Source: Balanoglossus misakiensis (lineage: Eukaryota; Animalia; Hemichordata). From it: DNA of 64,000 nt. Location: the NCBI GenBank assembly GCA_040954595.2, contig CM082576.2, positions 18,957,028 through 19,021,027 on the forward strand. Direction: 5' to 3'. A program made the translations under genes and the position numbers. The notes beneath the pieces were generated by a model, which was given only the letters and a program-made list of their open reading frames with translations, ran no database searches and was not told where the DNA came from. How positions within the stretch are numbered: position 1 is the first letter of the stretch; each line of letters opens with the position of its first letter. Positions 26,850 to 38,709 of this stretch are shown piece by piece.

Positions 26850-27580
26850 TTCTATAGAACTTCTATTGCTTTTCAATAAAAATTTCTATTAAGAATCAAT
26901 GGATATTCCATGGAAACTCAATGGAATTTCTATGGAAATTCTATTGACTTCTATGGACTTTTGGCCACTTTTCAATTAAACTTCTATAGAAGAGATATAG
27001 ATTTCAATTGATTTTCTATAGAAGAGATATAGATTTCAATTGATATTCTATTGATTTTCTATAGAAGAGTTATCGATGTGTATTGATTTTCTATAGAAGA
27101 GATATAGATTTCAATTGATTTTCTATTGAACTTCTATAAAAGAGTTATAGATGTGTATTGATTTTCTATAGAAGAGATATAGATTTCAATTGATATTCTA
27201 TTGATTTTCTATAGAAGAGTTATCGATGTGTATTGATTTTCTATAGAAGAGATCTAGATTTCAATTGATTTTCTATTGAACTTCTATAAAAGCGTTATAG
27301 ATGTGTATTGATTTTCTATAGAAGAGATATAGATTTCAATTGATATTCTATTGATTTTCTATAGAAGAGTTATCGATGTGTATTGATTTTCTATAGAAGA
27401 GATATAGATTTCAATTGATATTCTATTGATTTTCTATAGAAAAGTTATCGATGTGTATTGATTTTCTATCGAAGAGATCTAGATTTCCATTGATATGCTA
27501 TTGATTTTCTATAGAAGAGATATAGATTTCAATTGATTTTCTATTGAACTTCTATAGAAGAGTTATAGATGTGTATTGAT
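26850..27580. repeat. Left subterminal repeat array of the CACTA element
   Basis: 30-41-bp units built from TTCTATAGAA, TTCAATTGA and CTATTGA, with higher-order repetition. Confidence 0.9.
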
Positions 27581-27904
27581 CCTGTATTATCTGGTTACCA
27601 AAGACAGAGGGGTGGGATTGGGCAAAAAGATTGATATTTATAAAAAAAAATACTTCACTGAATACTCAGCATATTCTTTCAGTCTGTTGTTTAATATTAA
27701 CACATAAATGTGCTAAATACAGTGTTGCCTCAGTCAAATTAGTTTTCTGCTGGCTTTCAGTGAAATATTTGAGAAAAAACCAACATACTCATCAAATTAA
27801 AACTTAACATTTTATTGCAATAAATCAATAAAAAAGGTGACATGAAAAATAGAGTTTAAATAAATAAAGATAAGCAAAACACATAAATGAAACAGTTAAC
27901 CACA

Positions 27905-30900
27905 CTACTTGTGTTTTGCTTCGGAGTAAATTTTCATTTTAATGTACTGCTCCACCTCAGCAACCTTGCAGTCAAACTTGCTGCATACAATATCTGTGGG
28001 GAAACAGAGAAAAATAATTGCTGAATGAAATTGTACTGAACCAAAGCTCAAACCTTAGAGATGTCTTTGTTTGCCATACTATATTTTTTTTTTCTAAAAC
28101 CTAACCGCCAGAAACAAAGAACAAACTAAATGAAAATATATCAAGGTTACGGTAGAGAGAATGGTATATTTGATTTGCAGTCCCTTAAACGCTTTTACAA
28201 CTTTTTAAAGATGGCCTATCTCATTCCACATACAGGTCTCCATTAGCAGACCAAAGCAGATTTTGCAAAAGCACTGCAAAATTTGCACCCTATCTACAGC
28301 AGGTTACACTATGTTAAAGAGGTATACATCACTGATCACTCCAAATATACAAAATGCCAATATATCTTTGTGTATTCCTATGACCTAAAATAGCAAATTA
28401 ATAATTGGAGATGATAAGTAACTTAATACCTACATACCTTTAATGGCTCTTATTTTGTCGGCATCCAGCGCTGGTTTGGGTAAAGAACCCTTGACTGAGT
28501 TGCACACTCTGCCACTATACGAATGAGTCCTGAGTGTTTCCCTATCAAACACCACTGCCATCAAATCATACGTCATTTTCTTCGCTGTTGATTCGTCAAC
28601 GCGGCTCAGCTGCTTGGCAGTTACTATCATCTCATCATTGACCAAAATCTGAAAAAGACCAAAATAATTGGTAACACTAGAGGCAGACACAAAATAAATA
28701 TGATTTCTGTCATAGAAAACCTGATAAAATAGAAAGTACAGTAAAAACTCTATCACAGAGTTCTTACAATACTTTCTATTTTCTATGAAATCAACAGCTC
28801 TAACAATACAACCACATTTTCCATGGAAGTAAAGTTGCAGAGCCATGATCTGTTCTAAACAGAGTTGCAATCATCAGGTCTGCAGATAAATAAACAAAAA
28901 CTTTATGACCAAAATAATTAAATTCTTTGTTTTGCATCCACTCAGATTTTGATAGGTAAGTGCACAAGTTCAGAAACACAGAAATTTTTAACAGGTAAAT
29001 TTAATATTTACTCGATAGTTTCCATGTAATACAAGCACCTTAACAAGAATCCCAGCAGAAACTAATTTTTCACCCTGTTAAGTTGCACTCAAATGTGACA
29101 TTCTGCAAGCATGCAGGTGTTCCAATCACATTTCCCAAAGCATGTATACAAAAAATTTGCAGGCAGAAAAGTTTTTTTCATGAAATCTCGCAAAACATAC
29201 ACATGCAGAACAAAGAATTTTCTTACTTAGGCCATATGGTTGAACCTAAGAAGCAGAAGTATTATTTGAATGACTATTACTATATCTATGCAGATTCCTG
29301 AAATCACACATTCATGATAAATTGAAATAGATATCAACAGTTACCTCTTCACTGTTCAATGGGGCATCATGTGTTCCACTGGAGTTATTTGTCTTTGAGA
29401 CTGCAGGTGCACCAGTCTTTACACCAAATGTTCTTTTTACATCAGCAATTTGTCCAAGCAAGCCAGGTAACTCTATACCATTTGAAAAGATTAGAAAATA
29501 GAGGTATAGGACATATGTTCATTGATTTAACTCCAATAGTTCATAGGAAAAGGAATAAAAAAGAGACAATCCTGGCAAAAAAATATTGTTAACCAATAAG
29601 ACAGTGGACCATCATCCATAAACAAAATTATTTTAATTGTGGTGAACTGAGATGTTTACATACTGACCAGCATTATCAAACTATTGTCAAGTAACTACAA
29701 AACACATAGTTTGAGAAAGCTGGTCACAAATGAAGGCTTTCATTGGTGCTGAAAAAGGTAAGTTACAGCTTGCCCAGCTTAGTCATCATGTACAAGTGAA
29801 TAAATTAAATGTTTTTCATTTATAAATTAATTATGGTAACATTTTACTTTGTATTTCAAAACATATATGGAGTCCTTGATACTTCAATTTCTCGTCAAAA
29901 AAATGCTGAAAATGATGTTCTTTTGTGATATTCATGAGTATTTTCAAAAACAATCATTCTGTGGCATATTTTGGCTGTTGACTTTTGATATTTCTAAAAA
30001 TAAAACCAAAAGAACACTGACAAAATAATTTGATTCAGCTAAAACCTACTCATTGCATTAAAAATATACAAGAACTAAAACAATCCACTGACTTTATTCA
30101 ATGCGTGTATCAATATTCTTTTACCTTTTAACACTCGAAGAGAATAGCGTAGTGCAGCATTTTCCTCCTTCAATTCCCTTATTTCTTGGTGTAGCTTGTC
30201 CTCATCATAGCCTTCTGAGCCACTGGACACTGGTGTTGAAGCACGGAATGAACTCTAGAATGCAGAGGAACATTAATGAAATAGACTAAAAATCACAGTT
30301 GTCAACAATAACAACACAGTTCATACATGGATTTCAACATGCTTGTGATATTTACCCATCAACAGCACTGAACTGCAGTCACGTTTTGATGGAAATATTA
30401 TTAGTTTCAATAATTGCATAACTTTGCTCACATTTTAAAGATACATTTTGCAGGGGTTGCGTTAACCCCATATTTTGCTTCCCGAACTTTTCAGGGGGAC
30501 TCTTACTTTTTACACAGAGGGGTCCCATCTCTCACATAAATACAAAAATTTTAATTTCCTGTCTTTAATTTCATGTGACAGGGACTCATTCTGAGCAAAC
30601 ACTAGTGCAATCCCTGTTTCATAATTAAGCCACACAAGCTCACAACACTCTCTTATACGTCAGCATTATTTTAGCTTTTGTGCAAGTTTGGAAGTAAAAG
30701 TATATGCTTCAGGGGCAGAAATTGTAGCGTATGACATTGCCAGTACTTACAGACTTAAGTGACTGGACATCCTCCTCCATTTTTTTACGAACTTCAGATG
30801 TCTTCTTGCTTTCTAACTTTCTCAGCAAATTTAAAGACGAATTCTTTTGGCTGATCTTCTTTTTTTTTATTCAAGTTATTTTTTTCCTGAAAAAGAAATG

Positions 30901-31734
30901 AAATGATTATTGTGAGATACTTCTGAACACTTGGCATGGAGTTTTGAAAATGGGTGTTTATATTGACAACGAGAAATTAATATCATCTGTACCTAGATAA
31001 ATCATATTGAATTCTGCATCAGCCACATGGTAGTTAAATATCAACTTACCGGTACATAACCATCATCATCATCTTCGCTGTCGGTGTAGATTCTCTTTGG
31101 TGCCTTTTCACGTTTCCCCCGTCCATATTCTGGAGTCTTAATGTTTGTGTTCACCCCTTTTTTGACATAGACGTTGGCTAGTCGCAACAGCTCCTGCCTA
31201 TCATCTGTAAAGATAAACATTATGACCTGGTTGTGAAAAACACACACACACACAACTGAATGAGAAACTTTTGCTGACGATCAAAAATGCACAACACAAA
31301 CCACGTAAAAAAATTGTGTCACAAAGTAAAACAAAGGGGTTGCTGGCTTTCCTGGCAACTTGTTTTGTTATGCAAATAGTATAACAATGAACAGGAAGTA
31401 AACAAGCTGTGTTTGGTTCAAGGGAGCCCAAGACCCTGGGATCGAGATAAAGGTAACTTTCTACAATGAACGTCTTCAACATTGGGAAATGTTTCTACCT
31501 GACACGTTTTTTTTGAGTTTTGAAAAAATCCAAACAATTCTTACCGCTAAACTTGATAACTCTTGCTACATATCTCGCCGGATCTCTTCCTGCCTTCTTT
31601 GATGGCCACTGGACAGCACAATCTTCGTCGAAGTCAAAACTCATAACGTCGTCTTCATCGAGATCTTCTATTAAATTCGTCTCACCAACTTCAACACTCT
31701 TTTCTTCGTAAAAATCAAATAAAGCGTACTTCAT
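27905..31734 (-). CDS. Transposon accessory gene, 7 exons, C-terminal BEN domain (one frameshift in an exon-3 A-run)
   Basis: GT-AG exons: 31734-31545, 31204-31050, 30886-30751, 30254-30125, 29472-29345, 28648-28438, 27993-27905 (TAG). Phases are compatible except exon 3 (136 nt, one extra A). The C-terminus KKMTYDLMAVVFDRETLRTHSYSGR...KPALDADKIRAIKDIVCSKF...VEQYIKMKI fits the BEN pattern. Exon 4 encodes a coiled coil (LHQEIRELKEENAALR). Confidence 0.8.
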
Positions 31735-32173
31735 GGTGACTAGATCGATGTTCGTAAATAGAGAAATCTTAAGCGGAGCTGGTAGCGAGTGACGCGTGGT
31801 GTGTCTTCGGTGGTTACTGAATCAGCTGTAAAAGGTCAGGAGTTCGCCGACTATTTATTTACCTTGATGCATGCTGGGTAAGAAATGCGGGCGTTTATGA
31901 GAAGAGTCAAAGGTCATGCAGTAGGTCATGTGATTTTAAAATACAGCATTTCTTAGAGCTGAGATGTTATTTGAAAAAAAAATACGTTAAGATATCATTC
32001 ACTTTATTTTGAAACGCCAAAATTCACCTTAAAGTAGTACCACAGATCGATCGGAACGTTAAAATTTGTACTTGAGATGATGCCATATCTATCACCCAGC
32101 ATGCACCGCAGTCACCGACGCTTGCACAGCTGATTCACTAGATCATCAGATCGCTGTTCGTCGCAGAAGAGAC
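31735..32173. promoter_or_regulatory. Putative bidirectional promoter between the BEN gene and the transposase
   Basis: 439-bp CpG-containing spacer between divergent ATGs. Mirrored motifs: TGAATCAGCTGT (31818) with ACAGCTGATTCA (32126), and TGCATGCTGGGT (31868) with ACCCAGCATGCA (32094). Confidence 0.65.
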
Positions 32174-35100
32174 ATGTCGAGGGTCGTGCGCGGTCCATAC
32201 AAGTGTTACCTAAATGATACCGAAGTCAGTATTCCAAAGAGAACCTTGTTTAGATGGCGAATTCGCGATAAACATGGTTTAGAGGTAAGTGTAGCTCTTT
32301 TTTACCACGGCCTGAAGTATGCGCCCCGCTTGCTGCAGCTGCAGTTCCGTAGCCTGCAACATTCCTCGATGTGTGTGTGTTACGGAAAGGTGCCCCTTCC
32401 GTAACACACACATCGAGGAAAGTTGCTGGCTACGGAACTGCAGCAAGCGCCGGGCGAAAACTGGCATTGTCTGTCATTTCTCGGTGATTGTTATAATTAT
32501 AGGGTGTCATAGGTAGTGTATGCATTTTATTTCTGTTCTTTTTGGTTTTATTAAAGTCCAAAAGGCTAGCTTGTACATCTCCAACTCTTTGTCTAAATAT
32601 AGCAGCATTTATGCTGCTGCAGTATTTTTTTAATTGAAAAATAATTTAGTACTACGAATATTGAGGGAAAAAAACAAAAAAAAACAGGTCATTACTGACA
32701 CCAGCCTACTTTTCTTTATAAGAACTATTAAAGCATTAGCACTTTCCTCTGAGATTTAGAATCAAATGATGTAATATGCATTATGTAGTCCCGCTATACT
32801 GAAATACATATCTTAACCACATTCTATTCATATCTTTCAGACTGATGATATCGCCATCGACACTGACAGTTGTTCTGTAAATAGTGACTACCAATCTGAA
32901 AGTGGCAATGATGAATATTTATATGATGGTAACGCCTCTCATGACAGTTATCGAAGTGGACTAACTTTCTCTCACAGAGATACAGACATTGATGAATACA
33001 GCACTACAGAACCAGACACAGATGACTATTTATCAGCCGACGAAACATCAGATGATCAGACATCATTCATCATAGATGACCAAGTACCAGCTCAGGAAAC
33101 GTCACATGTCAACTTACTGAGTGACGGAAGTGGAGAGATTGAAGAAAGTGAAGAAATTATACACACACGCATATCAAACAAAAACACTAATGGGACGGGC
33201 ACAGGAGAAAGTGGTGATGAATTGGTAGGTTCTGCTTTTGACTTTAAAAATTTTATGGTTGCCAATTTGAATTTTGTGTGGTAACTTACCTTAATCACTT
33301 ATGATCTATGACTTTTTACATTATTTTGATGATTTACTTTCAAAGTAAGTGTACTTACTGAAGGGTGTGCATTTACAACTTGAAAAAGTGGACATGGTGC
33401 AATATACACATTGATTCCTTGACAGAAACATGACAGTGATACACACCAAAATGTCTCTATTCTTTTAGCAATGTGACCAACTTTTGATCATCGGAAATTT
33501 AAAAATTGTTTATTTGTTTAGCTATTACAACATCGTTTAGTATTCCACTAATCAATCTGTTTTATATGTTAATGCAACTTAATACACATCGTTATTATAA
33601 AATACAAGTATGAAAGCTAGTGTCTCTATGGTTGTGAATGCATTTATTTTAATTCTCAAGGAGGCCTATTATTTAGAGCATGACCCCTGTTTTCAAAATC
33701 TGGTGATCAATGCATAAGAGATCAGAGTCTGTTTTCACAAGGTCAAATCAAGGTTAAATGTGTCAGTCCTGTGAGTGTGACCATTGCATTGTTCATGTTA
33801 TTTCTGGTTGTCCTATTTTTCTAAATGTACTACTATTTTTCTAATTCTCAGGGAGCTGAAGAAGGAACTGGAGAGATGAATGTCACAACAGAACAGCTTT
33901 GTCTACTTCTCCAGGCTTTTGTCCTCAGACACCGACTTACGAAAGATGCTCTCAAAGACTTGTTGCACGTCATTAACCTGATAGCACCAGAAACTGTACC
34001 AGCAACACCATACTTTTTTAAGAACTGTTTTGCTGAGACAGCTGTGTCGTGTAAGAAGCACTTCTATTGCTGTAGTTGTATGGCATATCTTGGTGCCGAG
34101 GGCGAAATTCAAACTGACACCACTTGTGGTAGCTGTAATGAGCCTTTCAGTGAGCAAATATCTGTAGCAAATAACAATTTTTTCATTGTAATGCCAATCA
34201 AGGACCAACTTGTAGATTTATTAGAAAATCAGAATATTAATAGTGAATTGTCAGTTTCAACTTTATTGGATGGCTCCATTTATCAAGATCTCCTTGAAAA
34301 TGGTATCATAAGAGATAATGACTTAACCCTTCTCTGGAATTGTGATGGGGTCCCTGCCTTTAAGTCCTCTGGTTTCTCAATATGGCCCATTCAGTGTGTA
34401 GTGACAGAACTGACTCCAAAATGTCAAAAACAAAATATTCTCATGCCTGGCCTATGGTTTGGTCAATCCAAACCACAGATGGATTGTTTTTTGGCACCAT
34501 TTGGTGAAGAATGTGTGAAATTGGGTAATGATGGTTTTACCTGGAGAAATCAAAGTTCTGGTGAGATAATCACAACATGTGTCCATGTGTTATTGTGTTC
34601 TTCTGATTCAGCTGCCAGGCCTTTGATGCGCAATTGCAAACAGTATAATTGGCAGTATGGATGTGACTGGTGCCTGCACCCAGGGGAATACATAGCAAAG
34701 GGCAATGGTCATGCACGTATATATAGTGTACAGGATCTTCCTCATCCTGAGTTGAGGAATAACGATCAGTATGAGGATTGTTGTAGGCAGGCGGTTGAAA
34801 GAGACCGACCAATATTGGGTGTGAAGGGACCCAGTGTGTGTATGTTGCTTCCCAATTTCGACATTGTGAAAGGGTTTGTTCCTGATTATTTGCATTGTGT
34901 TTTATTAGGGGTTGTCAGGCAAATCACCTCACTTTGGCTTGACAGTGAAAACAAGCAGAAACCCTGGTACTTAGCCCCTGCTAAACAACGTGTAATTAAT
35001 TCCCGTTTGGTGCAGCAGTTTCCTCCAAATGAAATAACCAGGACACCACGATCGTTAGATTACAGAAAGTATTGGAAAGGTTCGGAGTGGAGGGCATTTC

Positions 35101-36068
35101 TCCTTTTCTATTCTTTAATTGTTCTGAGAGGTGTGTTACCTGCAGTTTTTTCTGAACCATTGGTTTTTGCTGGTTTTTGGAATCCACACGTTACTTCAGG
35201 AAAAAGTAACAGCCCGCTCTGTTGATCTGGCAGAGCAGGCAATCAGAAAGTTTGTGACTCAAACTGAATGCCTTTATGGGAAAGAAGTGATGTCATTTAA
35301 TATGCACATTCTACTGCATTTGTCTAGTAGTGTTAGGGAATGGGCACCTCTCTGGGCTACATCTTCCTTTGTGTTTGAAAGTCACAATGGTGTAATCATG
35401 AAGCTATTTCAGGGTACTCAAAGTGTGCCTTCACAGATATCAAACACATTCTGTCTGTGGAGAGATTTATCAAGAAGATCCACAATTATACCACAGGATA
35501 GTGATCTGAGGCCACTATTTGACAAATTGTCTAGAGGAATTGTGCATTTAAAGAGGGACTTTCATAGCTGCTCAGGGGTTGTGGCCATGGGAGCTGCTGA
35601 CAAACGGATATAAGATTGACAGACAGGTCAGCTGTAGAGGAGGCTGTGGGCCACCCTATCTTGAATGTGAACGCCAAATATTACAAGAGATTCACTATAT
35701 CAGGTGCTGTGTTCACAACAAGTAGCTACACTAGGGCAGCAAAGAGAACGAACCATTATTTTCAGGGACAAGATGAGCAATTGTATGTAATAAGAAACCT
35801 TGTAATTCTTAGGCTAGGTTGCATATGCCAAGGTGATTGTCACTGTAATGAAAGATCATTCCTGATAGCCAGTAGGTGTTTAAGTGGGAGGTCAATGTTT
35901 GTTGACAATGAAATTGGCATACAGTGTACACATGTAAAACCACTGCGTGAGATTTCACATGAAAGAATTGCTGTGCGACCGTCGTTTTTGAGACGTAAAT
36001 GTGTAGTTCTTGGAATGGGTGAGTCAATTTACCTCTCACCACTCCCCAACCCTTTTGAAAGGGACTGA
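32174..36068 (+). pseudogene. EnSpm/CACTA transposase (Transposase_21-like), 3 exons, two frameshifts
   Basis: Phase-0 exons 32174-32284, 32841-33224 (acidic) and 33852-36068. Motifs: CxxC...CxxC, LLWNCDGVPAFKSSGFSIWP, DSAARP, GCDWC, DYLHCVLLG, WKGSEWR, NMHILLHL, FESHNG. Frameshifts are an extra T near 35150 and an extra TA near 35611. Confidence 0.9.
32327..32449. other. Long near-perfect hairpin in transposase intron 1
   Basis: CTGCAGTTCCGTAGCC...CCTCGATGTGTGTG...TTACGGAA pairs with TTCCGTAACACACACATCGAGG...GGCTACGGAACTGCAG around a short loop. Confidence 0.85.
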
Positions 36069-36394
36069 TAAGGGCTGCAAAAAAAGTCTGTAGGTAGCAA
36101 ACACTTACCCCAGTACTGTAGTTGAGAGTCCGTTTCTTCTGATTTGTATTTATATACAGATTTGTATATGTACCAGTGTTTTGCAGATATCATTTTGAAA
36201 TTGTAATAAATGAATTATTTACAGAGACATATTTGTCAAGTATTCATTCACAATATAAAATAGAATGATTAAGAATGAATAGCTGTGTGTTTGAGCTGAA
36301 TGTATACTGGTATCTGTTTGCTCGGGGTGAACTGGTTACTTTCCATGGCCAAACGATACAATCTTCGCCTAAATCAAAATCCTTAGCGTCCGGT

Positions 36395-37715
36395 CATGGT
36401 TGGCAATATTTTTCAATAGAAAATCTATTGACGGCAATAGAATTCAATAGAGACAGTGGATTTTTGTTAAAATACACTGTTCACATTGAAATGTATGTAG
36501 TTGGGGCAAACCTGACAAACTCTTTGTCATTTTGTAATGATTATGTGCACACATTTGCTAAAAACTAGGGGAAAATGTTTCTTTCACCTATTTCATGGTT
36601 GGCAATATTTTTCAATAGAAAATCTATTGACAGCAATAAAATTCAATAGAGTCAGTGGATTTTTGTTAAAATACACTGTTCACAGTGAAATATATGTAGT
36701 TGGGCCAAACCTGACAAATTCATTTGTCGTTTTGTGTTGATTATGTGCACACATTTGCTAAAAACTAGGGGAAAATGTTTCTTTCACCTATTTCATAGTT
36801 GGCAATATTTTTCAATAGAAAATCTATTGACGGCAATAGAATTCAATAGAGACAGTGGATTTTTGTTAAAATACACTGTTCACAGTGAAATGTATGTAGT
36901 TGGGGCAAACCTGACAAATTCCTTTGTCATTTTGTGATGATTATGTGCACACATTTGCTAAAAACTAGGGAAAAATATTTCTTTCAACCATTTCAAGGTT
37001 GACAATATTTTTCAATAGAAAATCTATTGACGGCAATAGAATTCAATAGAGTCAGTGGATTTTTGTTAAAATACACTGTTCACAGTGAAATATATGTAGT
37101 TGGGCCAAACCTGACAAATTCATTTGTCGTTTTGTGTTGATTATGTGCACACATTTGCTAAAAACTAGGGGAAAATGTTTCTTTCACCTATTTCATGGTT
37201 GGCAATATTTTTCAATAGAAAATCTATTGACGGCAATAGAATTCAATAGAGACAGTGGATTTTTGTTAAAATACACTGTTCACAGTGAAATGTATGTAGT
37301 TGGGGCAAACCTGACAAATTCCTTTGTCGTTTTGTGTTGATTATGTGCACACATTTGCTAAAAACTAGGGGAAAATGTTTCTTTCACCTATTTCATGGTT
37401 GGCAATATTTTTCAATAGAAAATCTATTGACATCAATAGAATTCAATAGAGTCTGTGGATTTCTGTTAAAATATACTTTGTTCACAGTGAAATATGTGTA
37501 ATGGGGGCAAATCTTACAAATTGCTTTGTCATTGTATGATAATCATGTTAAAACCTATTAAAAATCATTTTTCACTTATTTCATGCTAGGTAATATTTTC
37601 AATAGAAAATCTATTGACGGCTAGTTTAATGGAAATCATCTGTATAATTCTATAGAAAATAATATTCTATTGATTTTCTATTGAATTCTACACGTTTCTA
37701 TAGAGGTCTATAGAG
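36395..37715. repeat. Right subterminal repeats of the CACTA element: ~200-bp unit, about 6 copies plus a degenerate end
   Basis: Units start near 36395, 36595, 36794, 36994, 37194, 37394 and 37582. Each contains TTTTCAATAGAAAATCTATTGA. Confidence 0.92.
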
Positions 37716-38012
37716 TTCTATAGAACCTTTTTCGTAAGGGTTGAAATGTGTTTTACATCTAAATGCATCGTTTTGGGAACATTTTCTAGTATGTATGTGA
37801 TTATTAAATTGAACTTGTATATTTGCTGGGGCAACTAAATTTTCAGTAAAGATAAGGAATGCCCAATGTTCGGATTGTCTTCAAAAAGATGACAACAACT
37901 CAAGTCTCAAAAACTCTTTTGTTTTTAAGTTTGAATTGTAGTTGTCACATCATTAACGACTTCACATGTGAATGCCAAATTTCGATTCTTAGCAAATGTT
38001 GTATTTTCACAG

Positions 38013-38166
38013 AGAGGAGTCCATTTCTCAATCATATCACCCCGCAAACTGCCTGAACTCCAAAAACTTAACTTCAAAGCATATGGTGAAGTACAGATGG
38101 TACCAATGAAGGATTATGCGGCTGATCCACACCACATGATACTTCTCAAAGGTTATCAACTTGCAG
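38013..38166 (+). pseudogene. MED25: MED25-like VWA C-terminal exon, copy 1
   Basis: RGVHFSIISPRKLPELQKL...DYAADPHHMILLKGYQL resembles MED25 RGIHFSIVSPRKLPALR...SQDPRHMVLVRG. AG/GT bounded. Confidence 0.88.
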
Positions 38167-38709
38167 GTAGGTATCTGTTGCTACGCAAATATTTGCAATC
38201 ATACCATGATCTAGATTCTAAAGTTCACTGGTCAAATATATAACTTGTTTACGTGGTCATTTACAACCAATTCATCATTTTGTGGTTTGTTAAGATTTCC
38301 AGTACTCTAAATTGGTACTTCAATAAAATGGTTGTAATATATTTATTAATATTTATTACACATCACGTATTATTATGCGCTCCTGGTTGGCTAATACTAA
38401 ATATGACAGAAATTCATGACCTGTGCACACGATCTGAGGCTTATGGAAGTTATTGTCGTGAGTGATGCAGTGTATTCTGTTGCAGTACTTTCACAAGCCA
38501 GCCTATTATTCCCCATCATTTCATTGCATGGCCAATTAATTACACATCCTCCTGAAAATTGTTGGAAGGTGGGCAATCAATTTCCATGGTTACATCCTGG
38601 ATGAAACACTGGTACAGGTTCAAGACAAGTTTAGTGACATTGTGTGAATCCACAGCAGAATTTCACATAAACTGTATAATCCTCCATTTTTGTAATGATT
38701 GTGTTTCAG

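Larger units (their letters stand above)
26836..37740. mobile_element. Full-length EnSpm/CACTA (CMC) DNA transposon, 10,905 bp
   Basis: TIRs CCCTTACGAAAAAG(G)TTCTATAGAAC at both ends. TT duplicated on each side. Empty site at ~41951-41970 (TTTGATTGATTGACATGTG). Contains a transposase, an accessory gene and subterminal repeats. Confidence 0.92.

Noticed and set aside
30451-30616. Possible hAT MITE (CAGGG...CCCTG) in a BEN-gene intron
   Set aside because: TIRs are short and imperfect, and I could not find an 8-bp TSD.
36275-37340. Repeated 67-97-aa ORFs
   Set aside because: Translations of the 200-bp subterminal repeat with no coding signature.
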